DNA of 32,000 bases from the NCBI GenBank assembly GCA_963699255.1, contig OY969425.1, forward strand, positions 90,001 to 122,000, read 5' to 3'. The notes under the pieces are model-generated. The model saw only the letters and a list, made by a program, of their open reading frames with translations. It made no database searches and was not told where the DNA came from. Every line of letters starts with the position of its first letter. Position 1 is the stretch's first letter. Made by a program: the position numbers and the translations under genes. This document shows, piece after piece, positions 31,661 through 32,000 of this stretch. Source of the stretch: an uncultured bacterium. Lineage in GTDB: Bacteria; Margulisbacteria; WOR-1; CAVSGV01.

Positions 31661-32000
31661 ATGAAAACAGCTTTAGTTCATGATTATTTAAACCAGGCCG
31701 GCGGGGCTGAAAGAGTCGTAGAATGTCTCCACGAAGCCTTCCCGCAAGCCCCGATATTTACATCAATTTATGACAGGAAGAGAATGCCTGACATTTTCAA
31801 GACCATGGATATCAGGACGTCATTTATGCAGCACCTTCCTTTCGTGATGAAACACTTCAAAAAATATCTTCCGCTTTATCCTTTTGCGTTCGAGAGCTTC
31901 AACCTGTCAGGTTACGATCTGATACTTTCGAGCAGCAGCGCGTGGGGAAAAGGCATCAAAAAGGGTAAAGGTGCGTTGCATATATGCTATTGCCATTCTC
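31661..32000 (+). CDS. Glycosyltransferase family 4, N-terminal part (3' end outside window)
   Basis: ATG 31661 is open to the window edge. MKTALVHDYLNQAGGAERVVECLHEAFPQAPIFTSIYDRKRMP...FMQHLPF...KKYLPLYPFAFESFNLSGYDLILSSS is a common GT4 N-terminal pattern. Not listed in the ORF track because it is truncated. Confidence 0.75.
   Translation, partial: MKTALVHDYLNQAGGAERVVECLHEAFPQAPIFTSIYDRKRMPDIFKTMDIRTSFMQHLPFVMKHFKKYLPLYPFAFESFNLSGYDLILSSSSAWGKGIKKGKGALHICYCHS

Overview
Bacterial chromosomal window, probably from an uncultivated lineage. The rpmB-recG-rsmD-coaD order resembles Firmicutes and the cyanobacterial group. All family assignments come from motifs read by eye; no searches were run.

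- **1-4.7 kb:** the tail of a flagellar operon, fliE (partial)-fliF-fliG-fliH-fliI-fliJ. fliG carries a +1 frameshift and encodes only the N-terminal and middle domains.
- **4.7-9.4 kb:** housekeeping genes: rpmB (minus strand), recG, rsmD, coaD, a coiled-coil hypothetical and rph.
- **9.4-32 kb:** a Wzx/Wzy-type surface-polysaccharide locus with three nucleotide-sugar branches. ugd+uxs give UDP-GlcA/UDP-Xyl. hddC-hddA-gmhA-gmhB give GDP-D-glycero-alpha-D-manno-heptose. rfbD/rfbA/rfbB form a dTDP-rhamnose branch, with rfbC not seen in the window. There are also four SDR epimerase/dehydratase genes and several GT2/GT4 transferases, one GT2 being frameshifted near its 3' end.
- **Main candidate for something new (about 21.0-26.8 kb):** a low-GC module with the opposite or divergent gene orientation. 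It encodes an SDR, a GT75(RGP)/STELLO-like protein, a Dpm1/GtrB-like GT2 and two paralogous GT-C membrane glycosyltransferases.
- **Second notable signal:** two copies of a 97-nt structured repeat, each with a terminal inverted repeat plus two SD/anti-SD-like hairpins. Each copy sits directly 5' of a start codon (coaD, rfbA) and the two differ by compensatory substitutions.

No tRNA, rRNA, CRISPR array, transposase or integrase was recognised.
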